A stretch of 64,000 nucleotides of DNA from Eledone cirrhosa (GCA_964016885.1 OZ024740.1:52700001-52764000), one strand, 5' to 3'; counted from the first letter of the stretch, positions 49,540 to 62,797 are shown. The notes: generated by a model not told the origin, from the letters alone. Made by a program: numbers and translations.

Positions 49540-50840
49540 ACTGTGTTCTTTAGATATAGTCTTCCTTAGATATAGTGTTATGTAGATATATTATTTCCTA
49601 TGTATGTTATCCAGATACAGTGTTATTTAGATGCATTGTTCTCGAGATATAGTGGTCTCTAGATATAATATGCTGTAAAAATAGTCTTAGATATATAATC
49701 AAAGGCATTCAAATTATCATGTCGTTTTGTCTTTCAGCATTAGTGTACTCCAATTTAGATAACCTAATATTTTCTATTTCTTAAGATTTTATCTAAAGGA
49801 CCTATATTCTCTCTTTATTTTTATATATGTGTTCTCTAGATATAGTGTTTTTTTAGACATAGTGTTCTTTCTATATATAGTATTCTTAAGGTACAGTGTT
49901 CTCTCTATATAAATGTTCTCTTTATATAATGTTCCCAAGACATACTACTCTCTCTATATAGTGTCCCAAGATATAGCATTCTCTCTATATACTATTTTTC
50001 CAAGATATACTGTCCTCTCTATATATTATTCCAAGATATAGTGTTCTCTTTCGATTGTATTTCTAAGATATAGTGTTCTCTGTAGATATAGTGTTCCCAA
50101 GATAAATTGTTCCTTATATATAGTATTCCCAAGATATAGAGTTCTCCGTAAATAGTGTCCCCAAAATATAGTGTTCTCTCTCTATACAGTGTTTCAAGGT
50201 GTTATCTCTCTATATAGTGATTCAAGATATAGTGCTATTTCTCTATATAGTGCTTCAAGTGTTATCTTTCTATATATTGATATTTCTATATAGTGTATTC
50301 CTAAGATATAGTGTTCTCTCCATATAAAGTATTCCCAAGATATAGTGTTCTTTCTCTATATATAGTACCCGCAAGTATATATAGTATTCCATAGTATTTT
50401 GCCTATATATAGTTTTCCCAAGATATAGTATTCTCTTTATAGTGTTGTCTTTTTATAATGTTCTCTCTATATAATGTGTTCCCAAGATATAGTGTTTTCC
50501 CTCTATAGTATTCTCAAGATATACACGTGTTCCTAAAATATAATGTTTTTCGATAACGTGTTTTAAAGATATAAGGTTTTCTCCATATAATGTTCATTAG
50601 ATACATTTATCTTCAGATTGAGTGTTCATAAGATATAGAGTTCTCTACTTATATTGTTCTGTAGATACATTTTTTTCTGTACATATAGTGTTCTTTAACT
50701 ACAGTGTTCAGAAGTTATTGTATCTCTAGCTATAGTGTTCCCTAGATATAATATTTATTAAATATAATCGTATCTAGCTATGATGTTCTATGGACAGTGT
50801 TCTGTAGATTAGATACATCTTTTCTATAGATACACTGACT
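49540..50840. repeat. degenerate tandem satellite built on ~15-16-bp TATAGTGTTCTCTAG-like units
   Basis: Recurrent AAGATATAGTGTTCTC / TATAGTGTTCCC motifs. Confidence 0.85.
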
Positions 50841-51907
50841 GCTCTTTAAATATAAAGTTGAATAAGCTTTTGCCTCAGTATAGAGATCGGCAACCATCTT
50901 AATGTGGTGGTTAAACGTTAGATCTGTAGGCTAGTTATCATTTTCTGCAGTGTGTATGACTGTTGAGTATAAAAATGTTCATCCCATGCTAAACTCATAA
51001 CACCCAATCGTCCATCACTATTTGGTCATGAAAAATTACTACACAGCGTATTTATATTTGAAAGATATATTTTTGGGGTTTTTGTGTTGATGATGACTGA
51101 AATTCCACACACGGCATTGGTCAGAGGAAGTACAAACCTTCGGTGCAACAAAGTACCATCGAATATGAGATTATATGGTTTCGAATCGACTTAGTAAACC
51201 ACACAACCATGATCAGGTTTATGAACAAATTAACTTAACTATCAGTAAATGAGTAAAATCAATAGAAGTTGTGGTATCCACGCAAGTCTAATAAATACTA
51301 TAATTAATGTGAATAAAGTTAAAATGCTTGAACTGAAATCAAAACTAAATCCCAGATTTAAATAATCAAAAACACGATTTAATTTAAAGAATCCCAGTTT
51401 CAAGGGAGAGAACTCTTCATAATATTATCTGACATTTGCTTCAGTAGCCCTGTTTCATATATGACAACAGAATAAAATACCAAGGGAGTCTCTATGTCGT
51501 CATTAATTTGCTAGAAATAGCAGCTAAACTACTTTCGAATTACACAAGACCGTCTTAAAAGGGAAGGAATATTTCATAAAATTGACTTAGATACATTATG
51601 TCTGAAAAAAAAGAAAGGTTTATTATAGATTAGTTCAGTTAGAGGTGACAAGACAAGCAAACAACTGACAACGGGAATATGAAAGAAGAAAATATTTGAT
51701 TGTTTAATAGGTTACATGAAACTAATATTATTCCGCTGCATCACACACACACACACAGATATATATATAATATATATTTATTATTTGTACAAATTAAACT
51801 TTAATCTGTACAAATGATAAATATTTGTTCTACTGGTTATATATATTATATATACAATCCTTATCGAGCCCTTTTCGGATTTTGTTCTTCATAATTATTA
51901 TTACTAT

Positions 51908-51948
<41 letters not shown>

Positions 51949-52104
51949 AATATATATTTAGCGAGAATCGCATTTCGGCGAGTAGAAATTAGCGAAACGC
52001 AACTTCCGAATTGTGTTGGCGAGCGCTCGATGGATATGAATATACCAGAGCTATAAACATAAGTTAAAAAGGCCATATATATATATATATATGCTCAAGG
52101 GCAT

Positions 52105-52188
52105 AACGTATCGCCAGATCGAGGAATCGAACTCAGAATCTCACGATTGCGAATCCAATTCTCTAACCACTTAGTCACGCGCCTTCAG
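52105..52188 (-). mobile_element. tRNA-derived SINE head
   Basis: TGAAGGCGCGTGACTAAGTGGTTAGAG...GAGTTCGATTCC (A and B boxes); similar head at ~39411; no proper cloverleaf. Confidence 0.6.
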
Positions 52189-52904
52189 CAAGACACTTTA
52201 TTTTATGTTGCTCCTTCTGTCTGGATTTGCGGCCTGTTGATAGTATTACCAATTGGAAAGACGAATGGAAACATTGTTTCCTCGGTCCGATTTGACAAGG
52301 TTGGGATTTCGTCGATCGACTGTCGATATATATATAGGCGGCAAATTGGTAGATTCGTTCGAACGTCGGATATAATGGTTTGCAGCATTTGTTTTGGCAC
52401 TCTGTGCTTTGAGTTCAAATCCATCTGTAGTCAACTTGTCTTTCTTCCTTTCAAGGTCGATAAAAATGTACCAGTCCAATACTAGGTCGATTTTTCTTCC
52501 TCTTTCTCACCTTCATTCTATCGCTCTCTGTCCTATTTTAAATATATATTAACAAGGAACAACTTTTTTTTTCAAACATGTTGAATTGAAAATATGATTT
52601 TTGTATAGAAATGTGTTGCGGTAGATCCTTATTGTAAGTGTATGGTTAACCGACGGATGGTCACGTAAGCACAACACTTTCCCACAAGTTAACTATGCTC
52701 CTGCAACAAGGAATCATTGCAAAACATTTTCATAAATACATGCAAAAAGAAAGAAAAAAGGACTACATAGGTAGATAACACAGTATTTCTAAAAGGCTAA
52801 CAACTATGGAGACTCTACTGATGTCAGCATATAAACAAGAAATTAACATACCGACACAACATTCGTATTTAGATCGGAGTCGCTTTTCCTTCCAATCACT
52901 CCTG

Positions 52905-53502
52905 CAGGAGCTGGTGCAGAAATGTGCCAGCTTCAGCATTCAGTAATCAGAAGAAGGGAGGTAGGCGAAAAAGCCAAACTCGCTATCTTCAATTCGGTAT
53001 TTGTGCCAACCTTTATGAATCTTGGGTAATGACCAAAAGAATACGATCGCGAATACAAGCGGACGAAATGGGGTTCCTCCGAAGGGTCTTTGGAGTAACG
53101 TTACTAGATAGAGTGCGTAACTTGGAGATGAGAGAGTCACTCCAGGTAGAACCGCTACTTCTCCAAATTGAGAGATCACAGCTCCGATACAATGGGCATG
53201 TGGTTAGAATGTCTCAGGAAAGTATCGTTGGACAGATTTTACGGGTAAAACCAGCCGGCAGGAGACACAGGAGTAGACTCCAAGCAAGATTGTTGGATAA
53301 CATCCATGAGCTTGGCTTGCCGCGTTTGGGGATCCAGCCGGATCTGTTGGAGACGGTGCTTCCGACAGGACCCGCTGGAAAGAGTGTCTGAGGACTCTTA
53401 CCCCACGATCCTTTTTGGAATAAGTAGGCGAAGAAGAAGAAGAAGAAGAAGAAGAAGAAGAAGAAGAAGAAGAAGAAGAAGAAGAAGAAGAAGAAGAAGA
53501 AG
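52905..53502 (+). mobile_element. RTE (Expander/Rex3-like) 3' fragment with (GAA)n tail
   Basis: ESWVMTKRIRSRIQADEMGFLRRV.GVTLLDRVRN..MRESL.VEPLL.QIERSQLR. Confidence 0.9.
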
Positions 53503-54844
53503 ACACAGCATACGTGACGTTAATTATAAAAACTGACGTATCACAACAGTTGAGTAATGTTAAATCAGGCGTCCATGATTTCTTACCACTCGCATGATAC
53601 TTTATGACTATTGCTGAGCATAGGAGCAATCTAAACTATAATAAAGTAAGGAGCGCGGGACTGCGTACGGTTTATAATTTTTTATCCCATTAGTTGGATT
53701 ATTTTGAATAAATAATGAATGAATATTACATAATTTATCTACTAAATTTTGTGGCTGTTGATTAAATATATTTTGTTTATTTAAAGATTCACTTCTTTAA
53801 AATTTCTGAAATATCAACACTTCCGGTTGGCCATCGCTTAAATAAACATACTAATTTTCTGTCATTAATTTTCTCCTAATTCAGTTTATATATAATATCG
53901 TCTTTTTTAATGTATCATGGATTAAGTTACTGATTAAATAAGACAGTGTAAGAGTCTTCGTTCAATTTCTATGCATTATATATTGTCAATTACGATTTTA
54001 TTTGATATCATATCTACATGTATATACACCTGCGTATAATATCAATATACACACTACACATGCTAGCAGAAAACCACCCGAAGGGTGGTTTTTCTGCTAG
54101 TATCTATAATTATTGCTGAACATGTGAATAATATTTATATTCCTACCGCATTGTACCAGCTTAGTCATTTATTACACAACTTAGGAAGCATTGCGAAATT
54201 TGAAAATATAGTTGCCACAGTGCACGTAAAAGTTGAATATGTCAGATAAAGTAAGAGACGAAAAAAATTAACTGAGATCTCTCCAGGGAATCGGACGATT
54301 TATCTCCCGATCTCACGTATACCCGGCAAGTGCGTTCAACCACATTAAAGGGTCACTGGCCGATAATTACTACCTTCTTAGAAGATTTAAACGTGAAGCT
54401 AAAAGTGTAAACTTACGAAGTATTGGGAAATTTGAAATTTGAAAATCGAGCGATTCAAATCCCCACAGATGCCTAGTGTTCTTTATCCAATCTATTCAAC
54501 TATAATTTATAGCTACCAACTATTCTTTTAATTAACTGCATTGTGGCAACTATACATTAAACTTTTAAATGTCCTATTGCTTCGAAAGTTAACCAAATGT
54601 TGTTTACGCATGTAGCTTCATGTTTTACATCTCATGAAAAGACAGTAATTAGCAGACAGGACCACATGTAAAGGTTAAATGCACACGCCCGGAATGCGTG
54701 GTTCGATTCCCAGCAAGTGAAGCTGAACACATTTTCCTGTCTCCAGAGGTACTTTACACGATCAATTCAAGAATTAATTACAGTTATCACCTATTATTGT
54801 AGTTATACGCAGCGTGGCGACTATATTTTAATACACACACACAC

Positions 54845-54887
<43 letters not shown>

Positions 54888-54892
<5 letters not shown>

Positions 54893-55336
54893 AAGATGAA
54901 TATAAAATGAAAGTGCTTTTATAAAGGAATTTATTAGGTATTGACATATGTTTCTGTAACAGACGGAATACCTATGTATCGCTGCTTGCGTAATCATATA
55001 ATGTTAGCAAGTATTCGATAGCAAATGTATAATCAGTTGTCACTTCTTCAGAGATATTGGATTTATCTCTGAAGAAGTGACAACTGATTATTCATTTGCT
55101 ATCGAATACTTGCTAACATTATATGATTACGCAAGCAGCGATACATAGGTATTCCGTCTGTTACAGAAACATATGTCAATACCTAATAAATTCCTTTATA
55201 AAAGCACTTTCATTTTATATTCATCTTTTCTACACTTTTTCCGGAATATAATTTATACTCGTTGAGCAAACCTACACGTACGCTGTTCATCTCTAACGTG
55301 ACGATATATTATCACTACATTATTGATAACCTGAAA

Positions 55337-55340
<4 letters not shown>
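54888..55340. mobile_element. fold-back element (169-bp arms, 7-nt loop, one-sided tail) in (TA)n, with hammerhead-like core
   Basis: 54888-55056 / 55064-55232 inverted with one mismatch; CTGAAGA at 55069 and GAAACATATGTC at 55166. Confidence 0.75.
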
Positions 55341-55387
<47 letters not shown>

Positions 55388-55392
<5 letters not shown>

Positions 55393-55745
55393 GTGAGGTT
55401 TTTTTTACAAAATGAAAAATAACCGAGGTGTCCTACACGAGTGGAAGTATAAAGAAAAAGGGATGAAATCGAAAATGCAACTGAAGTCTTATTTTAAAAA
55501 AAAATATATATATTTATTTGGTTCCTTTACCGGTTTCGCAGTTCTTCTGCTTTTCAAAAGGTGAGTTGAGATGGAGGGTCTGTGGTTTTTCTCACATGTG
55601 AGAAAAACCACAGACCCTCCATCTCAACTCACCTTTTGAAAAGCAGAAGAACTGCGAAACCGGTAAAGGAACCAAATAAATATATATATTTAAAAAAAAA
55701 ATAAGACTTCAGTTGCATTTTCGATTTCATCCCTTTTTCTTTATA
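55388..55745. mobile_element. spacer-less palindromic element (149-bp arms) in (TA)n
   Basis: 55448-55596 / 55597-55745, centre CTCACA|TGTGAG; tail 55388-55447. Confidence 0.85.
55632..55669 (+). ncRNA. minimal type I hammerhead, U3-A8 core variant (mirror copy on minus strand at 55524-55561)
   Basis: CCTT-TTGAAAA-GCAG(AAGAA)CTGC-GAAA-CCGG-TA-AAGG. Confidence 0.7.
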
Positions 55746-55926
55746 TATATATATATATATATGTATATTCGTGAGAACGAATAAGGAAAAAAAGCGCCCA
55801 ATCTAGTGCAAGAGAGCTGATTTAGTATAACATAGTAAATACTATATATATATAATTAGAATTTTATTTCTCGCCCTAGCTGATACATAAATGCAAGTAT
55901 GCACACGTGCACACACATATATATAT

Positions 55927-55957
<31 letters not shown>

Positions 55958-56291
55958 CATACACACACATATATACATATACATATGTACGTATGGGTTA
56001 TATCGAACAATAATAATAATTTTCGATCCGTTTGTAAACAAACGGTCGATTAGTAGCTGTGCCGTGCCGGTGACCTATCGTCACCTGTTTGTTCAATACT
56101 GGCTTTGAGGAACAATCAACATGTTTCTGGCTCATTACCCTTCACGAGGACTGTATATCGCTGCCAGTCTGTTGGCATTTATTAATATTGTTCGACATAA
56201 CCAATACGTACATATGTATATGTATATATGTGTGTGTATGTATATATATATATGTTTGTATATATATATGTATGTGTGTACGTGTGCATAC

Positions 56292-56432
<141 letters not shown>

Positions 56433-56667
56433 GAGAGAGAGAGAGGGAGAGAGTTAATCCCACAACAAATTAACAAATCATATATGAGAACACGCGGTTT
56501 ACCCGAAAGATTCTTCAACTCGTGTATAGTATAATCGTATAGTGAGAACGGAAGTATTTATGAGCTGGCTGGATTCTGCGAGGGTACAGTTTTGTTTCCA
56601 TTCCTTCTCGTTCAATAAGTTGTACTACACATGGGTTTTGCAGCCACATTAATTGGCTATACGCAGA

Positions 56668-56729
<62 letters not shown>

Positions 56730-56730
<1 letters not shown>

Positions 56731-57438
56731 ATCATAAAACATGTCTATAGAATCACAAGATAAAATATATACTATTTCCTCTCCCAATTAGCATAATTAA
56801 CCATATAAAAAATCGAATAGACCAGGCTATAAGAATGAGGCTTCTATGAAGAAATCTTCGACAAATAACCAAAACTAGCCCTTCGCGTCGGCGGTAGCGG
56901 AATATTTATCGAATATTTCGACAGCGTAATCGCCTAGATATAGTCAACTAAACAGAATTAGGTGTAAAATAAACTAGGAGAAAATAGAATACATTTAAAT
57001 ACCTCTACCATGGTTTCATCCGTATTTTGAGTCTTCCAATAATTATGTAATAATTATATAAACTCGAGCGCCGGATTCATCAGGAAGTTCGGTCTTATCT
57101 AGACACTAAATTTTCCAAAGTGATCGCGCCAAGAATTCATTCAAAATGGCTAAAAATCGTGACGTATTCGCGGTCAGGTTGGAAGGGGTGTGGTAGTTGC
57201 TTACGACTGGTGGCATTTTTGCTAGAAAGCACAGCACAATACAGCCAAATTTGTATCTCAACCTAATGGGAGATTATTACATATAAAAGTTTACATATAT
57301 ATATACATATATATACATATACGTGTTTTGCAACTGGTCACTTTGTGGCTCAATGAAAAATTAATAAATTAAATAATCAGAGCTATATATCATAAAACAT
57401 GTCTATAGAATCACAAGATAAAATATATACTATTTCCT
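56730..57438 (-). mobile_element. retrozyme/pseudo-LTR-like unit with 51-bp terminal direct repeats in (TA)n
   Basis: TATCATAAAACATG...TATTTCCT at 56730-56780 and 57388-57438 (period 658); central hammerhead. Confidence 0.75.
57001..57088 (-). ncRNA. type I hammerhead ribozyme with long loop 2
   Basis: ACTTC-CTGATGA-ATCCG...CGGAT-GAAA-CCATGG-TA-GAGGT. Confidence 0.8.
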
Positions 57439-57614
57439 ATATATATATATATATATAATTTCAGCGAGATAGTATTTCGGCTGTGGTCAAAAACAAAGCG
57501 AAACGCAATTTTAGAGATATGCGGCAAGTGCTCAATGGACTAGAAGAAGACCAGAGCAATTAACATACGTTATAGAGGCCATACAAACTGAAAACGGCGG
57601 TCATGAAGCTATCA

Positions 57615-57651
<37 letters not shown>

Positions 57652-57655
<4 letters not shown>

Positions 57656-58249
57656 AATGTAATCTGAGTTTTTCGAATATTAATAATAACATTCGATTCA
57701 TTTGCAATTATGCAAACAAGCCTCAACTTTATAGCCATGTCAGTAGAATGAACCCTTCATTCTTGCTCCTGTGTTGGCATGTGAACAGAACTGCAGACAC
57801 TAATGTTTCTGGGTATCACTTTTCATCTGTACAGCTCACTGTTCACCTGCCAAACTGTCAGAGCTAGTGGAAATATATGCTATTTTCAAAAACACTCAGT
57901 GACTGATCGGCCTGATTTGCATATTAGCAGACTGGCTGATCAGTCAGATCTGCATATTAGCAGATCCACTGATCAGCCAGATTTGCATACCAGCAGACTG
58001 GCCAGTCAGTTAGTGTCTTCAGTTCTGTTCACTGCCAACATAAGAGCAAGAATGAAGGGTTCATTCTACTGACATGGCTATAAAATTGAGGCTTGTTTGC
58101 TTAATTGCAAATGAATCGAATGTTATTATTGCCTTTCATCCTTACGGGGTCGATAAAATAAAGTACCAGTAATCAACTGGGTAATTGGTGGTTTTGTGCC
58201 AAAAGTAGAAACAATTATTAATATTCGAAAAACTCAGATTACATTTATT
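57652..58249. mobile_element. fold-back element with ~150-bp arms; right arm interrupted by a truncated SINE (58131-58219)
   Basis: Arms 57652-57803 and 58010-58249; ATTATT duplicated around the SINE; three ~30-bp internal tandem units. Confidence 0.8.
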
Positions 58250-58273
58250 GTATTCAGCCATGTAGAGCGAACA

Positions 58274-58395
<122 letters not shown>

Positions 58396-58471
58396 GAAGG
58401 AGTTGTGGTAAGGAACCAGATGGACCATAACGCACCAGAGTACTCAATACTTAGGGTAGTAGAGTGGTTAA

Positions 58472-58546
<75 letters not shown>

Positions 58547-58555
58547 ATTATATAT

Positions 58556-59281
58556 ATACAATATGTTGAAAAGGTAACACACTAGAGAGAGATACAGTGT
58601 GCTATCAATAAAACAGGGAAAAACCACCAGTATATGGAATCTATAACCTATGAAAGGCAGAGTAGACACACGATAATTAAAAATATAAATTAAAGCGTAA
58701 ATAAATACCTCTATAACTATATAACACACGTACAAATCCAAAGTGATCTGTTTCGCCAGTAAGTTGTTGACAGAAATGAAATAACCCCGGTTCGTCAGCG
58801 TGTGTAAGACAACACTAAGAGAATTTTAAAGTGACTCTCCAGCTACACGTGGGAGAGAGAAGTCACAGCGTGTTTAAGGGCAGTGAACCAGTGGCCTCTG
58901 AGGGACAAGCTGCTAGAAGGAGCAGCCCAAAACCACTCAGAAAGTGTGCTCAACCAAACAGAGAGAGAGGAAAGATTGTTATAAGGAGCGAAATATCACG
59001 ATAAATTAACGGAGCCATACACTCTCGCCATTCCCTGTAAATAATGTGCTCAAAAGAGAGGTAATCCCGAGCTCTTTAAAATACAATATGTTGAAAAGGT
59101 AACACACTAGAGAGAGATACAGTGCGCTATCAATAAAACAAGGAAAAACCGCGCACTGTATCTCTCTCTAGTGTGTTACCTTTTCAACATATTGTAGTTT
59201 AAAGAGCTCAGGATTTCCTCTCTTTTGAGCACATTATTTACAGGGAATGGCGAGAGTCTATGGCTCCGTTAATTTATCGTG

Positions 59282-59284
<3 letters not shown>
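58556..59284. mobile_element. Penelope-style element: 70-bp direct repeat plus 134-bp inverted terminal segment in (TA)n
   Basis: DR 58556-58625 / 59081-59150; 59151-59284 is the reverse complement of 58994-59127. Confidence 0.75.
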
Positions 59285-59330
<46 letters not shown>

Positions 59331-59332
<2 letters not shown>

Positions 59333-59544
59333 AACGAGTAGGACCCCGACGGCTGAGCTCAAGCCGTTTCGACGGCTAATTCTGGACTAATTAGCCGTCG
59401 AGAATTGTCCAGAATTAGCCGTCGAAACGGCTTGAGCTCAGCCATCGGGGTCCTACTCGTTCCCATTACCCACTCTACTACCCTAAGTATTGAGTACTTT
59501 GGTGCGTTATGGTCCACCTGGTTCCTTACCGCATTTCCTTCGTT
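59331..59544 (+). mobile_element. second copy of the 22001-22218 fold-back family
   Basis: Same arms and tail, different centre; (TA)n flanks. Confidence 0.8.
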
Positions 59545-59835
59545 ATATATATATATAATGGCTTTATATTTTGCATTTGTTGTTCAGGGACGGCGTGGCA
59601 GCCGCTTAAATATTGAAAAATACCACTTTTAGACTTAAACTTCCACTTTTTCGGCTCTAGCTCCCACATAAATCAACCTACTTTGTTCAAATTTTACACT
59701 ACGCTAGATCTGATTATTTCACGTCTTAACGTGGCTTTGCATTTTAGATTTTTTGTTCAGGAACGGCGTGGCAGCCGCTTAATATTCGAAAATACTACCT
59801 TTTCGCTCAAATTTCCGCTTTTCTGGGTACTGCTG

Positions 59836-59881
<46 letters not shown>

Positions 59882-60087
59882 CACTCACATAATGCTGTTA
59901 ACATCTGATGATATTACACCAGTGCCAGTTGTTATTATAATCATTTCATAACACCTTTAGTGTCACCGAAATTCGTATAATACAATATATACGATTATGT
60001 AAATATCTGGCGTAACGTTTATTTCGCACACACACGACGCACGCACGCACACACACACACACACACACACGCACGCACACACACACG

Positions 60088-60190
<103 letters not shown>

Positions 60191-60207
60191 ACACACACAC
60201 ACACACA

Positions 60208-60521
60208 ATATAGAAATGACTTCTATAGGACTAGAACTATTTATTCGTATGAAATCATCAGGAAAGTCCTGATGGTTTCACACGATTGAATTTTAGTCCT
60301 GAAGATGTCATTTCTATATACAATGAAGATGCTTAGACTCTACCAACGTGAGTGTCTTTTTAAACTGTGGTCACCTCCTGATGCCCATCAGGAATCCACC
60401 CATAATTGTACACACACAGACAAAGACACACCACACACACACACTCACGCACATACACATACACACAGACATACACACAGACATACACACAGACATACAC
60501 ACAGACAGACAGACAGACACA

Positions 60522-60561
<40 letters not shown>

Positions 60562-60757
60562 CACATATATATATAATATAGAAATTATTTCTATAGGTCT
60601 AGGACTATTTATTCGTATGATATCAGGATAGTCCTCATGATTTCACATGAATGAATCAGTTTTAGATGCCTATAATTTAGATGCCTATACCAACGTATTG
60701 AGTGTGTTTTTAAACTGTGGTCACCTCCTGATACCCTTCGGGAATCCATCCATAATT

Positions 60758-60770
<13 letters not shown>
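60208..60770. repeat. two tandem degenerate copies of the ~110-bp double-hammerhead palindrome plus a shared flank
   Basis: ATATAGAAATGAC...GTCATTTCTATAT at 60208-60319 and a second copy from ~60578; each followed by TTTAAACTGTGGTCACCTCCTGAT...CATAATTGTAC. Confidence 0.7.
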
Positions 60771-60811
<41 letters not shown>

Positions 60812-61239
60812 GCACACACATTGACCTTGTGCAAGAAATCTATATTAATAGTTACATAGTAGGTCTGTAAGAAAAAAAAAAAACATATTTCTTTTTAAAA
60901 TATCATAGAAACAGAAATAACTCCACATTGATCTCTCTTCATGCTTCGATAGTCTAGAAACAAAAGAAAGTACTTTCCAGAAATATTTCCAAAGAAAATT
61001 CCATCACGAGAGTTAGACAATGAATGCATTTGAAGATGTCACGAACAACTATAAGAGTCTGCAACAAACCATTAACAAAGCTGAACAAGCGACACTACTA
61101 TTGAAGGGAAATAGAAAAAAGAAGAAGAAGAAGCAAAAACAAACTAAACACCTAAAATAAAATAAAGTATAAAGTACATCAATACAAAACAAAAGCAACA
61201 ACAGAATCATGACGAAGATGTTCATACTGATGATATTCA

Positions 61240-62765
61240 TAGTGGTAGTATTAATAGTGGCATTGGTAGTGGTGGTATTAGTGGCCTTAGTGGTGGTGGT
61301 GGTGGTGGTGGTAGTGGTAGTGGTGGTATTAGTGGCCTTAGTGGTGGTGGTGGTGGTGGTGGTGGTGGTGGTAGTGGTGGTATTAGTGGCCTTAGTGGTG
61401 GTGGTGGTGGTGGTAGTGGTAGTGGTGGTATTAGTGGCCTTAGTGGTGGTGGTGGTTGTGGTAGTGGTAGTGGTGGTATTAGTGGCCTTAGTGGTGGTGG
61501 TGGTGGTGGTGGTGGTGGTAGTGGTGGTAGTATTAATAGTGGCATTGGTAGTGGTGATATTAGTGGCCTTAGTGGTGGTGGTGGTTGTGGTAGTGGTAGT
61601 GGTGGTATTAGTGGCCTTAGTGGTGGTGGTGGTGGTGGTGGTGGTGGTAGTGGTGGTAGTATTAATAGTGGCATTGGTAGTGGTGATATTAGTGGCCTTA
61701 GTGGTGGTGGTGGTTGTGGTAGTGGTAGTGGTGGTATTAGTGGCCTTAGTGGTGGTGGTGGTGGTGGTAGTGGTAGTGGTGGTAGTATTAATAGTGGCAT
61801 TGGTAGTGGTGATATTAGTGGCCTTAGTGGTGGTGGTGGTTGTGGTAGTGGTAGTGGTGGTGATGGTAGTGGTGGTGGTAGTGGTGGTGGTGGTCGGTGG
61901 TGGTGATGGTGGTGGTGGTGGTGGTGGTGGTGGTGATGGTAGTGGTGGTGGTGGTGGTGGTGGTGGTGGTGGTAGTGGTGGTGGTGGTGGTGGTGGTGAT
62001 GGTAGTGGTGGTGGTGGTGGTGGTGGTGGTGGTGGTGATGGTGGTGGTGGTGATGGTGGTGGTGGTGATGGTAGTGGTGGTGGTGGTGGTGGTGGTGATG
62101 GTAGTGGTGGTAGAGATCGTGGTGGTGGTGGTGGTGGTGATGGTAGTGGTGGTGGTAGTGGTGGTGGTGGTGGTGGTGGTGATGGTAGTGGTGGTGGTGG
62201 TGGTGGTGGTGGTGGTGGTGATGGTGGTGGTGGTGGTGGTGGTGGTGGTGGTGGTGGTGGTGATGGTGGTGGTGGTGGTGGTGGTGGTGGTGGAGGTGGT
62301 GGTGATGGTGGTGGTGGTGGTGATGGTAGTGGTGGTGGTGGTGGTGGTGGTGGTGGTGGTGGTGGTGGTGGTGGTGGTGGTGGTGGTGATGGTAGTGGTG
62401 GTGGTGGTGGTGGTGGTGGTGGTGGTGGTGGTGGTGGTGGTGGTGGTGGTGGTGGTGGTGGTGGTGGTGATGGTAGTGGTGGTGGTGGTGGTGGTGGTAG
62501 TGGTGGTGGTGGTGGTGGTGGTGGTGGTGGTGGTGGTGGTGGTGGTGGTGGAGGTGGTGGTGGTGGTGGTGGTGGTGGTGGTGGTGGTGGTGGTGGTGGT
62601 GGAGGTGGTAGTGGTGAGGAGGAGGAGGAGAGGGATATATTAATCATAATGAGGAGATGTTTCATAATTAATTATCAACAGGATAATTTTCAGGAGCATT
62701 ATAATAACTCTCATGACTCCCATCATGATTTCCATGACGACAACAACGATGAAGATAATGACGCT

Positions 62766-62797
<32 letters not shown>

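Noticed and set aside
52105-52188. Genuine tRNA gene
   Set aside because: A and B boxes present but stems do not close; matches repeated SINE heads
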